Counted from the first letter of the stretch, positions 26,783-39,728 are shown. The stretch: DNA of 64,000 nucleotides from Candidatus Cloacimonadales bacterium (GCA_963662655.2 CAXXTU010000002.1:1952001-2016000); one strand, 5' to 3'. Translations and numbers: made by a program. Notes: generated by a model from the letters alone, not told the origin.

Positions 26783-28519
26783 ATGAAAGGTAAATGGTTT
26801 TTGTTTGGATGTCTCTCATCCGTAATTATTTTGATCGCACTCATCGTATTGGGTCTTTTCGGGCTGAAATCGATCATCCCCGATCAGGGCCACAAAAAGA
26901 TCGAGGCTGGCTCTTGGCTCTGGCTTCCGCTTCACGAACAGATTCAGGAATACGTGGAATACGACGACACGTTCATGCCTGAAATGAACATCTCGTCCTG
27001 CCACGAGATCGTCCAGCTCATCCAGCAGGCCGAGACGGACGACAGAATCAGGGGTATTCTCCTCGAACCGCACCACACCGTCGCAAGCACCGTGGTCAGG
27101 GATCGGATCGGGAAAGCTCTCCGGCGCTTCAACGCCACCGGCAAACCGGTTATCGCGTACATCGAAGACGCCTCGGACAGCGACTATTACCTCGCTTCCT
27201 ACGCTAAGAAAATCTGCATGCCCCCCATCAAATCCTCGTCACTCATGCTGACGGGCGTTGGCGGAACCATGCTTTTCTACAAGACCATGCTGGATAAGCT
27301 GGGCATACACTTCGAGGTATTCCAGGCGGGTGACTATAAAGGCGCGGGGGAAACCATGTCTCGCGATTCCATGTCGCCCTACCTGCGCAAGAACCTCGAG
27401 GGGATCATCGACGGAATGTACGAGTACAAGCTTCAGCAGCTTGCCGCCAACCGCGACGACCTGGACTACGAAACGCTGAAGAACACGATTTACGAAAAGA
27501 GGGACAACTTCTTCATCACACCTGACAAAGCGCTCGAGTTCAAGCTCGTGGACGAGCTGAAGTATCGTTCCGACCTCATCGACGAGCTGTCGATCGACGA
27601 CGACAACCTCATCAAATATACCCGTTATGATATTAAACCCGTCATGCCGAACATGAACAACGTTGCCGTTGTTTACGCGGAAGGCATGATTACCGGGGCG
27701 TCCGATCAGTTTGGAAAAAGCTCGATCAGCGAGAAGAAGATATCGTCGATCCTCGACGACATCGAAGACGATTCGACGGTCAAGGCTGTCGTGATCCGCG
27801 TGAACAGCCCGGGCGGAAGCGCGCTGGAATCGGATAAAATCTGGAAGAGAATTCAGAAGCTCCGCGATACGGGCATGCCCGTAGTCGTTTCCATGGGGGG
27901 CGTAGCGGCTTCCGGAGGATATTACATATCCTGCCCATCCGATTTCGTCTACGCCGAACCGGCCACCATCACCGGCTCCATCGGCGTTATCGCCATGATT
28001 CCCGTCGCAGAGGGAACCGCCGATATGATCGGCCTCAAAAAAGACGGCATCCACCGCGGTAAATTCGCTGTTCCGTATCATCCGTTGATGGGCATGTCGC
28101 CGGCGTTCAAGGAATCCATGGGCGATCACATCGGCATCGTATACGATGAATTCAAGATGCGCGTTGCCGAAGGCAGAAGCGTCGAGTTCGAAGATGTGGA
28201 AGCGTTCGCACAGGGACAGGTTTTCACAAGCGAAGTAGCGCTGAAGAACAGAATGATCGATGAAATCGGAACGCTCGACGACGCGATCAAGAAGGCTTCC
28301 TCGCTGGCAAACCTTACGGGATACGGTACCGTATTCTATCCCGAGAAACGCTCCCTCATTCAGGAACTGCTGGAAGAGAAGTTCAACATCCCGCTCTCGA
28401 AGATGGCCGTGCTGAACTGGTTGTTGCCGGCAGAAGCGATGGATCAGACCGGAATGATTATGCATGTCATTCAGGATGATCAGGTTCAGATGCTCATGCC
28501 TTGCGAGATACAGAACTGA
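26783..28519 (+). CDS. sppA: Signal peptide peptidase (protease IV, long form)
   Basis: YKGAGE, RVNSPGGSA, AASGGYYIS, TGSIGV. Confidence 0.93.
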   Translation: MKGKWFLFGCLSSVIILIALIVLGLFGLKSIIPDQGHKKIEAGSWLWLPLHEQIQEYVEYDDTFMPEMNISSCHEIVQLIQQAETDDRIRGILLEPHHTVASTVVRDRIGKALRRFNATGKPVIAYIEDASDSDYYLASYAKKICMPPIKSSSLMLTGVGGTMLFYKTMLDKLGIHFEVFQAGDYKGAGETMSRDSMSPYLRKNLEGIIDGMYEYKLQQLAANRDDLDYETLKNTIYEKRDNFFITPDKALEFKLVDELKYRSDLIDELSIDDDNLIKYTRYDIKPVMPNMNNVAVVYAEGMITGASDQFGKSSISEKKISSILDDIEDDSTVKAVVIRVNSPGGSALESDKIWKRIQKLRDTGMPVVVSMGGVAASGGYYISCPSDFVYAEPATITGSIGVIAMIPVAEGTADMIGLKKDGIHRGKFAVPYHPLMGMSPAFKESMGDHIGIVYDEFKMRVAEGRSVEFEDVEAFAQGQVFTSEVALKNRMIDEIGTLDDAIKKASSLANLTGYGTVFYPEKRSLIQELLEEKFNIPLSKMAVLNWLLPAEAMDQTGMIMHVIQDDQVQMLMPCEIQN

Positions 28520-28699
28520 TTGAATCACAATGGATTTTGATCATTCTCGGGGCATGTATTTTTAAAGCGCCATAGGAAAAAGTGCTTGACCAAATATCCG
28601 CTTTGAAAAGATCATCATTGTCACAGTTGAAACAGCCGCAGATCGCAAGATCTGCGGCGGTTCTTATGGATAACAATGATAGGATAGATGGAGGATAAC

Positions 28700-29845
28700 A
28701 TGTTTAGAACGAAGAATCTCGTAATTCTGGCAACCCTGCTTCTGTTTGCATTCAGTTCGCTCTTTGCGAGCAGAGCGTTGCGCAGCGCGAAATTGTACAG
28801 CTCTCAGGGCAAGGACGATAAAGCGCTAGAGTATTACACCAAGTACATTTCGGAAGAAACGGACACCGAGAACGAAGATTATATTGAAGCACTCTACGCT
28901 GTAAGTGAGATCTATTTCTACGAGAAAATCCCTTCACCGGACGGAACCAAGATAGACCTCTACGAAAAGGCTTATGAATATTACAATAAATGCCTCGACA
29001 CCATCGCGAAAGTTGAAGGCAAAGTCGATATCGAGAAAGAAAACATCGATCTCAAGATGGAAGACGATCAAGGCAACGTTCGCAAGATGACCTTTGCGGA
29101 CGTAAAACGCGTCAGCGCGCTGAAAGTCGATGCCTGCAGCGTCAAGATTTACAATATCGGCCTCAACTACTTTACCCAGAACGATTTCGATAACGCCAAC
29201 ACGGCCATCGACCGCCTTCTCAAGATGAATCCGGAATACGCGAACGCGTATCTCCTGCTTGGCAACATCGCCATCAAGCAGGAGAATCTGGAAAAGGCTG
29301 CCGAGTATTTCACCATCGCAGCTGAAAAAGAACCTGAGCGCAACGAGCTGAAAGCGACCGCCGCTTCGATTCTCTACAACCTCAAGCGCTATCAGGACGC
29401 CGCCAACCTCTACATGAAAATGGCTGTCGCGGAACCGGATACCTCCGCTCATTACATGAACATGGCAATCTGCTATGTGAACATGAAAAACGACTCCCTG
29501 GCGTACCTGAATTTCCAGAAGACACTGGAGCTCGATCCGTACAACGCCGACGCGCTGGTCTACGCCAGCAACTACGCGATGGAGTATAAAGAGAACAAGA
29601 AGAGAGCGGAATATCTGGGCAAGCTTGTCGAGTTGCACCCGGAGAATACGGAATACCTCATGTCGCTTTGCTACCTTCTTTACAACGAGAAGATGTACGA
29701 CGAAGTACTGAAATACGCCGAGATGTGGCACAACCTTCAACCCAACGAGAAACAGGCCGTTCAGCTTCTTTACCGCGCTTCTACCGAGCTCAAGAAAAAC
29801 GACCTCGTCAAGAAATACGAAGCGATGCTGAAGAAGATGAAATAA
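28700..29845 (+). CDS. Secreted tetratricopeptide repeat protein
   Basis: GGAGG RBS; signal peptide; multiple TPRs. Confidence 0.8.
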   Translation: MFRTKNLVILATLLLFAFSSLFASRALRSAKLYSSQGKDDKALEYYTKYISEETDTENEDYIEALYAVSEIYFYEKIPSPDGTKIDLYEKAYEYYNKCLDTIAKVEGKVDIEKENIDLKMEDDQGNVRKMTFADVKRVSALKVDACSVKIYNIGLNYFTQNDFDNANTAIDRLLKMNPEYANAYLLLGNIAIKQENLEKAAEYFTIAAEKEPERNELKATAASILYNLKRYQDAANLYMKMAVAEPDTSAHYMNMAICYVNMKNDSLAYLNFQKTLELDPYNADALVYASNYAMEYKENKKRAEYLGKLVELHPENTEYLMSLCYLLYNEKMYDEVLKYAEMWHNLQPNEKQAVQLLYRASTELKKNDLVKKYEAMLKKMK

Positions 29846-29863
29846 ACAAAGGATTTGCTAAAT

Positions 29864-29892
29864 AGAAAAGCGGCGTAACGTCGCTTTTCTTT
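29864..29892 (+). terminator. Intrinsic terminator
   Basis: AGAAAAGCGGCG/CGTCGCTTTTCT hairpin. Confidence 0.6.
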
Positions 29893-29959
29893 GCATATGG
29901 ATTCCACTTGACATAAAACCCTTGTTGAAATTCGCTTACTCACCGTAAAATGAATAGCT

Positions 29960-30047
<88 letters not shown>

Positions 30048-30078
30048 CATGAAATATTATAGAACCCAGGAGATAAAA

Positions 30079-31383
30079 TTGGAAAAAGAGATTAAGCAAA
30101 TCACATCGTGTGAGCATGAAATCACGATTACCGTTCCTGCCGAAGAAGCGATGCAGGAATACAAGAAAATGCTCGGGCAGTTCCGCAAGTACGCGGTTGT
30201 CCCCGGCTTCCGCAAAGGAAAAGCTCCCCTTTCGATGGTCGAGAGCCTCTATGGCGATCGCGCAAAGGAAGAAGTCACGCATGAAATGCTCAAAGACTCC
30301 TACACGAAAGCGCTGGACGAAGAAGACCTCCACCCCGTTACCGAGGCCGAACCGGTCAAGTGGGAATGGGAAAAGAACGAGCCTTTCGTGGCAACATACA
30401 GATACGAAGTGAAGCCGGAGCTGGCCGACATCGTTCACACCGGACTCGAGATCGAATTCGATCCGCAGGTTGTTACCGACGAACAGGTTGACGAGACCAT
30501 CGAGAAGACCCGCAGGGAACTCGGAAACATCGAAACCGTCGAAGGACCCGTCGTGGAAGACAGCTACGTCGATCTGGAAATCTTCGTGTCGCCGAAGGAC
30601 CTTGAAGAGCCGACGGAAGAAGATTTGAAGCCGATCGAACGCGAGATTGAAGTTGGAAAGAATCCCTTCTCCAGGGAACTCAATGAAAAGCTGATCGGTA
30701 TGAAAGCTGGCGACGAAGCCGAAGCGCCGCTCTTCGACAAGCGCGAGGACGAGCAGGACGAAGCGCGCTCGCACTACGCCGAGAACAGCTTCCGCTTCAT
30801 CGTGAAGCAGGTGAAGAAACTCGTCCTTCCCGAGCTGAACGATGAGTTCGCGAAAGACGCCGACTTCGAGTCGCTTGACGCAATGAAGGACAGCATCCGC
30901 AAGGAACTCGAGAACCACGCGAACCAGGAAAACCGTCGCGGCGAGGAAGAAGCGATCATCAGCGCGCTCATCAAAGCGAACGAGTTCGACGTTCCGAAGA
31001 GATTCGTGGAGAACTACGCGTATCAGATGTCCGAGCCGATGGCGAAGCAGTACAATATGCCGGTTGAAAATATCGTTCCTGCGTATGTACCGGTTGCCGA
31101 ACGCAATGTTCGTGAGTATTATATCGTAGATAAGCTGAAACAGATGCTTGAAATAGACGTTACGGATGATGACAAGGCAGCGATGATCGACGAGCTTGCC
31201 GAGAGTATGAATCTGAAGCCGGAAGAATACAGTGAACGCTACGCGAAACAGATTGCTTCGGATGATTTCCGTGATGCGATCGTCCGGAAGAAAATCCTGG
31301 CGAAGGTGAAAACCGATTCGAAGATCGTTCCGGTTCCGAAGGCTGAAGAGAAGAAAGAAGAAAGCACCAAAGACAAGGAGTAG
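30079..31383 (+). CDS. tig: Trigger factor
   Basis: [10 protein letters not shown] signature; TTG start after AGGAG; tig-clpP-clpX synteny. Confidence 0.93.
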   Translation: MEKEIKQITSCEHEITITVPAEEAMQEYKKMLGQFRKYAVVPGFRKGKAPLSMVESLYGDRAKEEVTHEMLKDSYTKALDEEDLHPVTEAEPVKWEWEKNEPFVATYRYEVKPELADIVHTGLEIEFDPQVVTDEQVDETIEKTRRELGNIETVEGPVVEDSYVDLEIFVSPKDLEEPTEEDLKPIEREIEVGKNPFSRELNEKLIGMKAGDEAEAPLFDKREDEQDEARSHYAENSFRFIVKQVKKLVLPELNDEFAKDADFESLDAMKDSIRKELENHANQENRRGEEEAIISALIKANEFDVPKRFVENYAYQMSEPMAKQYNMPVENIVPAYVPVAERNVREYYIVDKLKQMLEIDVTDDDKAAMIDELAESMNLKPEEYSERYAKQIASDDFRDAIVRKKILAKVKTDSKIVPVPKAEEKKEESTKDKE

Positions 31384-31385
31384 TC

Positions 31386-31979
31386 ATGCCGTTAATACCC
31401 ATGGTGGTAGAGCAGAGCGGACGCAACGAACGTGCGTACGATATTTATTCACGTCTGCTCAAAGACAGGATCATTTTCTTGGGATCCCCGATCGACGACA
31501 ACGTCGCGAATCTGGTGATCGCCCAGTTGATCCACCTTGAAGGCGAAAACCCCGAGAAAGATATCTATATGTATATCAATAGTCCTGGAGGTGTAATCAC
31601 CTCCGGAATGGCTATTTACGATACCATGCAGTTCATCCGCCCTGCCGTGAGCACCATCGCGATCGGACAGGCTGCGAGTATGGCTGCCTTCCTGCTTGCC
31701 GCAGGCGAAAAAGGCAAAAGATACGCCTTGCCGAACAGCCGCGTAATGATCCACCAGCCCCTCGGTGGCGCGCAGGGCCAGGCAAGCGATATCGAAATCC
31801 AGACCAAGGAAATCCTTTACACCAAGAAACGCATGAACGAACTGCTCGCCTTCCATACGGGGCAGCCCATCGAGAAGATCGAGCAGGATTCCGACAGAAA
31901 CTTCTTCATGCGAGCAAATGAAGCTAAAGAATACGGCCTCATTGACGATGTAAAAGAGAAGAGACCGGACAAAAAATAA
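31386..31979 (+). CDS. clpP: ATP-dependent Clp protease proteolytic subunit
   Basis: [30 protein letters not shown]. Confidence 0.98.
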   Translation: MPLIPMVVEQSGRNERAYDIYSRLLKDRIIFLGSPIDDNVANLVIAQLIHLEGENPEKDIYMYINSPGGVITSGMAIYDTMQFIRPAVSTIAIGQAASMAAFLLAAGEKGKRYALPNSRVMIHQPLGGAQGQASDIEIQTKEILYTKKRMNELLAFHTGQPIEKIEQDSDRNFFMRANEAKEYGLIDDVKEKRPDKK

Positions 31980-32004
31980 GGGCTCTTCAACAGAGAGGTT
32001 TATT

Positions 32005-33243
32005 GTGGACAAATATAATATTCTTCACTGTTCCTTTTGTGGACGCGCCGAGACGGAAGTGCATCACATGATCAAAGGCGTTGCGGGAAACATCTGCGAC
32101 GAATGCGTGAACATGTGTCACACCATCATCGAAGCCGATCACAAGGATCAGGAACTCGATGACTTCGATCTGCCCACTCCGAGAAAGATTAAGGAGTATC
32201 TGGATCAGTACGTCATCGGGCAAAACAAAGCGAAGCAAGTGATATCCGTGGCTGTTTACAACCACTACAAGCGGATATTCAAGCAAAAAACGAACGACGA
32301 TGTCGAGATCGAGAAGAGTAATATCCTGATGGTGGGACCCACCGGCTCAGGCAAGACGCTCATCGCGCAAACCCTGGCGCGGTTCCTCAAAGTCCCGTTT
32401 GCCATCGCGGATGCAACCACACTTACCGAGGCCGGCTATGTCGGCGAAGATGTTGAAAACATACTCGTCCGACTCCTTCAAAACGCCAATTACGACGTCG
32501 AGAAGGCAAAAACCGGTATCGTATACGTCGATGAGATCGACAAGATCGCACGCAAATCGGAAACGCCGTCCATCACGCGCGACGTCTCCGGCGAAGGTGT
32601 GCAGCAAGCTCTCCTGAAAATCCTCGAAGGCGCGAAAGTGAACGTTCCTCCAAAAGGCGGACGCAAGCACCCGCATCAGGATTTCATCGAGATCGATACG
32701 ACCAAGATTCTGTTCATCGTGGGCGGAGCGTTCTGTGGACTCGAGAAGATCGTTCAGGAACGCATCAACCAGAAGACCGTCGGCTTCGACGCGGACATCG
32801 TTACCTACGAAGACGCCTCCAACGAAATCCTGCCGAAGGTCAATTCTACCGACTTGCTCAAGTATGGGATCATCCCCGAACTCGTGGGACGCCTCCCCGT
32901 CGTGACGAACTTGCAGGAGCTCAGCGAAGAGATGCTCGTGGAGATTCTCACCAAGCCGAAGAACGCCATCATCAAGCAGTATAAGAAGCTCTTCGAGATG
33001 GAAGGCGTCGAGCTCGACTTCTCCGCCGACGCACTCGCCGAGATTGCCGCTGTTGCGCTCAAGCAGAAGACCGGTGCGCGCGGACTCCGCGCCATCATGG
33101 AGAGCGTGATGCTCGATATCATGTACGATATCCCCGAAATGGGATCGGTTAAAGAGTGCATGATCTCCAAAGATGTCATCACGGACGGTAAAGAACCCGT
33201 CTACGTATTCGAAAACGAAGAGGAAAAAGGCCAGAGCGCTTGA
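32005..33243 (+). CDS. clpX: ATP-dependent Clp protease ATP-binding subunit
   Basis: CSFC zinc finger, [19 protein letters not shown] loop. Confidence 0.98.
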   Translation: MDKYNILHCSFCGRAETEVHHMIKGVAGNICDECVNMCHTIIEADHKDQELDDFDLPTPRKIKEYLDQYVIGQNKAKQVISVAVYNHYKRIFKQKTNDDVEIEKSNILMVGPTGSGKTLIAQTLARFLKVPFAIADATTLTEAGYVGEDVENILVRLLQNANYDVEKAKTGIVYVDEIDKIARKSETPSITRDVSGEGVQQALLKILEGAKVNVPPKGGRKHPHQDFIEIDTTKILFIVGGAFCGLEKIVQERINQKTVGFDADIVTYEDASNEILPKVNSTDLLKYGIIPELVGRLPVVTNLQELSEEMLVEILTKPKNAIIKQYKKLFEMEGVELDFSADALAEIAAVALKQKTGARGLRAIMESVMLDIMYDIPEMGSVKECMISKDVITDGKEPVYVFENEEEKGQSA

Positions 33244-33265
33244 TCCCATAAAACCTATAAAAATG

Positions 33266-33300
33266 AAACCCCGAAGCAATTGCCTCGGGGTTTTTCTTTA
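33266..33300 (+). terminator. Intrinsic terminator of clpX
   Basis: AAACCCCGA..TCGGGGTTT followed by a T-run. Confidence 0.8.
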
Positions 33301-33331
33301 TTCATGATACTAAAAGTCCTATATAACGGCA

Positions 33332-33447
33332 GCAGATTCGTTCGATCTTCCACGAAATCGTGGTGTTTCACAGCCTTGCCACATTACGCTCATTTCATTC
33401 CAAGGCTGTGGTATATCCACATTTCGTGGAAGATCGTGCGAAGATGC
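33332..33447 (+). repeat. Palindromic intergenic element, family A copy 2
   Basis: CGATCTTCCACGAAAT/ATTTCGTGGAAGATCG and CACAGCCTTG/CAAGGCTGTG stems; left arm matches 11003-11041 at 33/39 positions. Confidence 0.75.
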
Positions 33448-33454
33448 GCCGGAG

Positions 33455-34712
33455 CTACGTCTTGAGCTTCTTCTTCTCCGCGGCCGGGAACAGCACGTTG
33501 TTGAGGATCAGGCGATAGCCCGGTGAATTCTTGTGAAGCGCCAAAACGGTAGGAGGATCGCCAACCCGATGCTGGTAATCCTCGGGATCGTGTCCACCGT
33601 AGAAAGTGAAGGTTCCCTTGCCGAAATTACCGTGCAGGTATTTCACTTCATCCGCACCCGGAACTTCCCCCATGACAATCACACTCTTCTTTACATTTTC
33701 CTTGTGGAAGGTCGTCGTCTGGCCAAGGAATCCGTTCACGTAGTTCGTATGGCATTGGGGTCAGCATGGTGGGAACAGGATCGTACTTGGCGGAGAAGTC
33801 GAACAGCAGGAAATAGTCCTGCTCGGCGCCACGCAACTGTGCATAATCGCTGGCGTCCAATGAGGAGAATTCGTAGATGTTCGGATCCGTTATCAGCCGG
33901 AAATCCTTGAATGCGAGGCATCGACTGAAATCCAGCTTACTCTGGTAGCCCGGTTCGGGCGGCGTGCCGTCGTAAACCACATCGACGATGTCGATATCCT
34001 TCGCGGCAAGCGCGATATCGAACGTATCGGTCGCCGCACACATCGCGAAGAGGAAACCACCGTTGCTTACGTACTCACGGATCGTTTCTGCCACCGCGTG
34101 CTTGAGTTGCCAAACGGTCGTAAAACCCAACTGCTCCGCCATCTCTTCATTCTGCCGTACCTCTTCCTGATACCAGGCGGCATTGCGAAAGCTTCGGTAG
34201 AATTTTCCATACTGCCCGGTAAAATCTTCGTGGTGGAGGTGAACCCAGTCGTAATCCTCCAGCTTGCCTTGCAAAACCTCTTCGTCCCAAAGCAAGTCGT
34301 GATCGATTTGGGCATAGTCGAGCGCGAGCCGGACGGCATCGTCCCAGGGCTGCGAGTTTGGTGGAGCATATACCGCTATTTTCGGCTCTTTTTCCAGAAC
34401 CACGACATCCATGTTCGCTCCCTCGATCTCCTGCAGGATGGCTGCATACTGTGGTGTACCGATCTTCTCGTAGGATACGCCCCGAACACGGCACAAACTC
34501 TCGATGGTCGAAGACTCCGGAATAATCCAGGAGCCGGCCCGGTAGTTCAAGAGCCATTTGACAACGAGACCTTCCTTCAATCCCTCGAAGGCAACGCCAT
34601 ACGCCTTTAAATGATCCGTTTGGACATCGTCCATCGGGATCAGAATTTCCGCGTGAATTACCGAACACACACACGCTAACAGCAACATTGAATATATAAA
34701 TCTCAATCGCAT
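33455..34712 (-). pseudogene. Conserved secreted protein (family often annotated 'asparagine synthetase B' in Bacteroidota) with one frameshift, possibly a sequencing error
   Basis: HLKAYG, WLLNYRAGS, LHHEDFTGQYGKF, GGHDPEDYQH; removing one base from the G4 run at 33757-33760 joins the two ORFs (..PTMLTQCHTNYVNGFLGQ..). Confidence 0.75.
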
Positions 34713-34849
34713 ATTATACCTCAAATTATTAGGACAACTATCTGCTTTGTGTTTCAGGACACAAGTCATTTATGTAACGATTTCTGTATTGAATTGTAAC
34801 AACGCGAATTGGCGTGACTCGCCGCGTAAATCTCGTATCTTCGATTTCC

Positions 34850-36957
34850 TCAGCTCATCTGCTCCAGATTCCTGACGGCTTCCTCGTAATCCGGCGCAAT
34901 ACGCAGCGCTTCGATCAGGCACTGTCTCGCTTCCTCCGGCTTGCCGGCCTGATAGAGGATGACGGCCATGTTGTTCAATGCTTCCACGGAATACGGATGC
35001 ATCTGGTACACTTTCTGGAATGCGTTGAACGCCCCCTGTAAATCGCCACGGTGGAACGCGATTTCTCCCAAGCCCAAGTGAGACCTGAAGTCATCCGCCT
35101 TTACCATGAGGGCTTGCTGGTAGCACCGTTCTGAAAGGTCCAACTGCCCCTTTCGCTTGAAGATATCCCCCTGCAAACGAGAGATCACGACCTTATCTTG
35201 CGTGGTTTGCGCATCGTACTCGCTCAGGAAACGGTCTTGATTCTCCGATTTCACATACTCTTGAATCAATGCGACTTCCGGTTCATTCGCTACAGGCTCG
35301 AGATACTCTACGTCTCCACTCCGTTGCCAGCGATCGATGCAGACGTCCCTCCATACGTCATCCCGGCGGCGGTAGATGTGAACGACCTCGACATTCTTCC
35401 CGACCTTGATTTCGACGCTGTGCGCAACCTTATACGATACAGGGAGAAACGGCTGCAACTTCTGCATCGACCAGTCGTCTTTCGCGGTAATTCCCTGCAT
35501 GAAGATGATCCACGCGGGTGGATCCAGATACATCGTGTTTATCAGAATCTCCATCATCTGCGGCTTCATGATGGTCCCGGCAGGATAGATATGCGTAAAA
35601 CGGATGTCCGGAATCGGGACTCCGGCATAAAGATAAACGCTGGGATATTACCCCACACCAGCATCGTATCACGCGGGTTGGAATACTCGCGGATGTATTC
35701 ACCGACCGGCCTTGCTGCCGCGAAGTAACCGTTGAAGCGATCGTTGTAGTTCGCAAGGCGCTGCAGTTCGGGACCCCGCATACTACGTGCAATTACGGTT
35801 ACCATCTTCCCTACCTGCCAGATCACTGCGATACCAATTGCAATGAAGACCGGATTTCGCCATGGAAGCAGTTGCATCATTCGCGTTACCTGCTCCATGC
35901 ACATCGCGGCAAGGATAGCAACGGGAGCCCACACCATGAGATACCGGCTGGGTAGATGCGTCTTTTGCACGACGATCAGCAGCCATAAGACCACTGCCGC
36001 CCCGAATATCCACACGACCATCCATCGACCGGTGAGAATCCCGGACACTACTTCGGACAGGGCAAAGAGCAGCACGACAGGTATGTTCCGTAAAATCGGC
36101 AGCACCATCCTCTTCATCTGATCGATCTGCTGCCCGAAGGTAATCTGCATGATCCCGGAGACGTAATCCGCGCCCATACGATGGTCTTCCGTAACGGTCC
36201 ATCCCACCAGTTTACCCAGCCATTTCGGGCATCTGGTTCCCCCGCAGTAACCGGCGATCAGCCGGACGAAAAATCCCAGCGTCTCCTTGATGTAAATGAG
36301 CTTGAGCCCTTGCTTGCGATTGGGGATGAATAGCGCCGGCAGAACATAAAGAAAAACGAACCCACCCCAGAACAGACCCAGAGCCGTGATTGATTCATGG
36401 AAAAGAGCGGATGCAATACTGACGATTAACGCCGGGACCAGCGCGATAATCTTGATCTGCATCGCCCACGCCGCGAACAATCCCGATGCGATCAACCAGT
36501 AAAAGTTGTTGGTCTGAAAGGACAGAATCGCCGTAATCGCGCTAATCAGAACCGGCAGAAGCAGGAACACCTCGCCGTAGGTGACGGCGGCTCTGGAATC
36601 GGGCAGGAGGAACAGAAACAACAGAACGATCCCCGCAACGGAAGCGACGAACAGGCTCTGCGTCAACTGCCAGGCTAGCACGCTGTTGGCGACGATCGTC
36701 AGGGAATACCAGAACGCCTTGATCACATAGAGCTTCGACACACCCTCTCCAGGGAATAACCGGTACAGAACGCGGAATATCCAGTGCAACTTGAAGAATC
36801 CTCCGCCGGCCATCTTCCGCACGTACCAGTCAAGCGATATCCCGCGAAAAACCGCATAGTAGAACCAGTTACCGTCATCGCAATAGAGCGGCTTATGCCG
36901 CATGGGCAGAAGCAGGACAAGCGAGACAAAGAATAATGCGATTCCAACCAGTATCAT
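34850..36957 (-). pseudogene. ArnT/GT-C-like multi-TM glycosyltransferase with C-terminal TPRs, one frameshift (ORFs 35566-36957 and 34850-35569)
   Basis: N-terminal DDG motif and many TMs; adding one base at 35642-35644 gives ..WGNIPSVYLYAG..IYPAGTIMKPQ.. continuing into the TPR ORF. Confidence 0.6.
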
Positions 36958-38142
36958 GACTTCCCCTCAATCTTCGCGACAAACCGATCGATGCATTTGA
37001 CCGCGTAGTTACGGTGATACCAGTCGGATCCGCTCTCACCCAGCGCTTTTACCTTGCCCGGATCGTCCAGCCATTGCTCCAGCGCATGGACGATATCCTC
37101 CGCTGAGAACGCCTGAATCCACGGATAATCGGTAACGCCCTCGATTTGCTCTCTTCCCGGCTTCACGTAATGGACCAGCGGCTTTCCCATCGCGAGCGTC
37201 TCGTAAACGGTCCCGCCACCCGGGTGACCGGTGACGAACTGCCCCGTTCCGATATCGCAAAGCGACAGCGCAACCATCAGTTCCTTGCGGGGCATCAGCT
37301 CGAACCAGTGAATCCGGTCCGAAACACCCAGCTCCTCTGCGAGTCTCTTGCTGTTTCCGGCATCCACGCCGTAATCGAAGGTGATCATTCCCGATCTCAC
37401 TTCGGGATACTTCTTCGCAAAGGTTGCGAATGCGCGAATCAGCTTGTCGTTACCCTTGTTGGACGCGGGATCGACGTACGTCTTCCAGATGTGTCGCGAA
37501 TTGTGGAATAAAAGGAGATCGTATTTCTTCCGAACTTCGAGAAAACGTTTGTAATATAACGATTGCTCATAGTGGCGCTGGATTTTACTCGCCGAGAACA
37601 CCTCATCGTACAAGAACGGATTGTGCATGAAATCGATTTTGCCGCCGATCCCGAGCTTGCGGATCATCTTCTGATTGAACGCCGGAACCGGATGCCAGTT
37701 GATGCTTTTCGCTTGCTGAATCCCCCGCTTCTGCGCAATGTGGAACGGCAGATTGAAGATGTTCATCACCGTTTCCACCGCCGATTTCCGCAATACAAAC
37801 GGCAAGAGATACATGTCGTCGCCGTGGGGCGAGATGATGTCCACCGTTCGTCCGGCCTTATGGACGAATGCCGGTGCCGTGTTGCAGGCGATGACAAAGT
37901 CGTAGGGCTTCAAATCCGAAGCGATCTGCCTTGGCGAAACCCGCGCGAAGAAATACTGGATGCCCCAGTTGAGCTGACGCGTATAGGCCTGATAGCGCAG
38001 ATCGAAGCTGTCATAGGACGGATGAAAGTGCGGGCGACTCGTATTGCAGAAGGAGAAGTTCTGCATCAATCCCGCGATCCCGCAGGTATCGAACCAGCGT
38101 GAAGAAATTGTTGTTCATGTTTCCGATGCAAGCTACTTTCAT
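36954..38142 (-). pseudogene. GT-B (GT4-like) glycosyltransferase with one frameshift near the N-terminus
   Basis: MKVACIGNMNNNFFTLVRYLRDRGIDA from ATG 38142; extra base at 38032-38034; NKGNDKLIRAF, YETLAMGKP. Confidence 0.75.
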
Positions 38143-38168
38143 CTTTTTACATCCTATAATATATTGCT

Positions 38169-38281
38169 GCGCGGGATCAGATTGGTTCGATCCGCCCGAA
38201 AGCGTATTATATTCACGGCGTATGCCGTGGTGTTATACGGTGAGGGCGAGCAAAGCGGGATCGGGACAATATGACCCGCGC
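38169..38281 (+). repeat. Palindromic intergenic element, family A copy 3
   Basis: CGCGGG-A-TCAGATTGGTTCGATC ... GATCGGGACAATATGA-CCCGCG. Confidence 0.65.
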
Positions 38282-38313
38282 TGACCATATTCGTAACAAC
38301 TCTCTCGCATCCC

Positions 38314-39727
38314 CTACTGGATCATCCTCTTGAGGAAATTGACGAAATCCCCCGTCAGCATGATGAAGAAACGCTTCCATCCAATCTTGGTATAGCCGCA
38401 AACCAATTCCCTGACAAAATTCACCAGCTCCAGCACCTTGGATACTTTCGCTGCGTAGTTCGCCGCCTCAACCGATTGATAAATGCATGGCAGAAGCACT
38501 CCCGCCGGAAAACGATCGTTGTGGATCAGCGTTTGAATCATTTGGAGATATTTGTTCAACCTAATCTGATTCTTCTGGCCACAATCCTCCCAAAGCTGTT
38601 CCCCGATGGGCGTTCCCAGAAGCGGCGCATACAGCCGGAAGTGGACCGAGAGATTGCGATGACGCACCAGAAGAGGAATGACCCTCTTGAGTTCGGCGTT
38701 GATGTAAATCTTATCCAAAGGCTGGCTCGCGGTGGAGGTTAAACCGAGCATGACGTTGCCGGCAAACATGATGCGGTGCTTCTTCCCGTATTCCACCATC
38801 TCCTCCAGATGTTCCATGGAATAGTCCTTTGTGGATTCGCTTGCGAGCCTCCGCATCGAGAGCCTCCAACCCAAAGAAGATGCGCTTCACGCCAGCCTCG
38901 GCCAGAAGATGTATATTCTCGCGATTCATGTCTTTCACCATCACATCGATGAAATTCGCCAGCTTCAAATCCTTTCTCCGGGCCATCATGCGCAGGATAT
39001 CCCTGCCGTATTTCCTCGTTCACGAAGATGTTGTGATCCTTCGGCAGGATAACCTCGATCCCCAATTCCTTCACGAGGTAGTCAAGCTCTTCTTCCACGC
39101 GTTCAAGCGTCTTGATCATCCCACCGCCGTACTTGGCAAAGCAGTGGTTGAAGCAGAATCGACAGCGATTGTTGCAATGGTACGAGAAATAGTAGGTGGT
39201 AATCACCACGCCCTTCAAGTCAACCTCGTAAAGCGTGGCGTGATCGCGGACAAAGCGCATGCCCCGCTTCAGAGAAAGCGAATCGGGGAGCACTTCCGGG
39301 TGATTGGTGACTATCAGGCGATCCGCCTTTCCGAGGTTGTCCCAGCCATCGAAGGCCCAGGGATAATCGATAAGGATATGGTCAATATCACCGTTTGGCT
39401 CGAAAAGCTGCGGAGACAGCGTAGGCAGGTAGCCACCAATAACAATCCTTACACCTCTGTGACGCCGCTTGAGCATCCTGACCGTTTTCAGGAGCATGAA
39501 AGTGTTCTCGGACGTATCCACTCCTGCTGCCACATTAAAACAACCGTTCCCTCGCCGATCTCCTTAAATCCCTCCAGCAGCATTTCGTGATACTGCTTTT
39601 TATCCGATATCTTGAGGATGCGGATGTCCTCGCTTCCAGTGGTTTGAGAAAGGTAATCGGCGGTGTAAAGCATGGTCTCCGGCAACATCGACATGCCCGT
39701 GAAATCGATTAAGAGATAATCAAGCAT
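38314..39727 (-). pseudogene. B12-binding-like radical SAM protein split by three frameshifts
   Basis: IVIGGYLPTL, CNNRCRFC (CxxxCxxC), AGVKRIFFGLEA; indels at about 39537-39540, 39014-39015 and 38828-38830 join four ORFs. Confidence 0.7.
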
Positions 39728-39728
39728 C

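Noticed and set aside
33455..39727. In-frame UGA (Sec) readthrough or programmed frameshifting as the cause of the split ORFs
   Set aside because: The breaks are frame changes at short homopolymers, not in-frame UGA codons, and there are no slippery heptamers with stimulatory structures.
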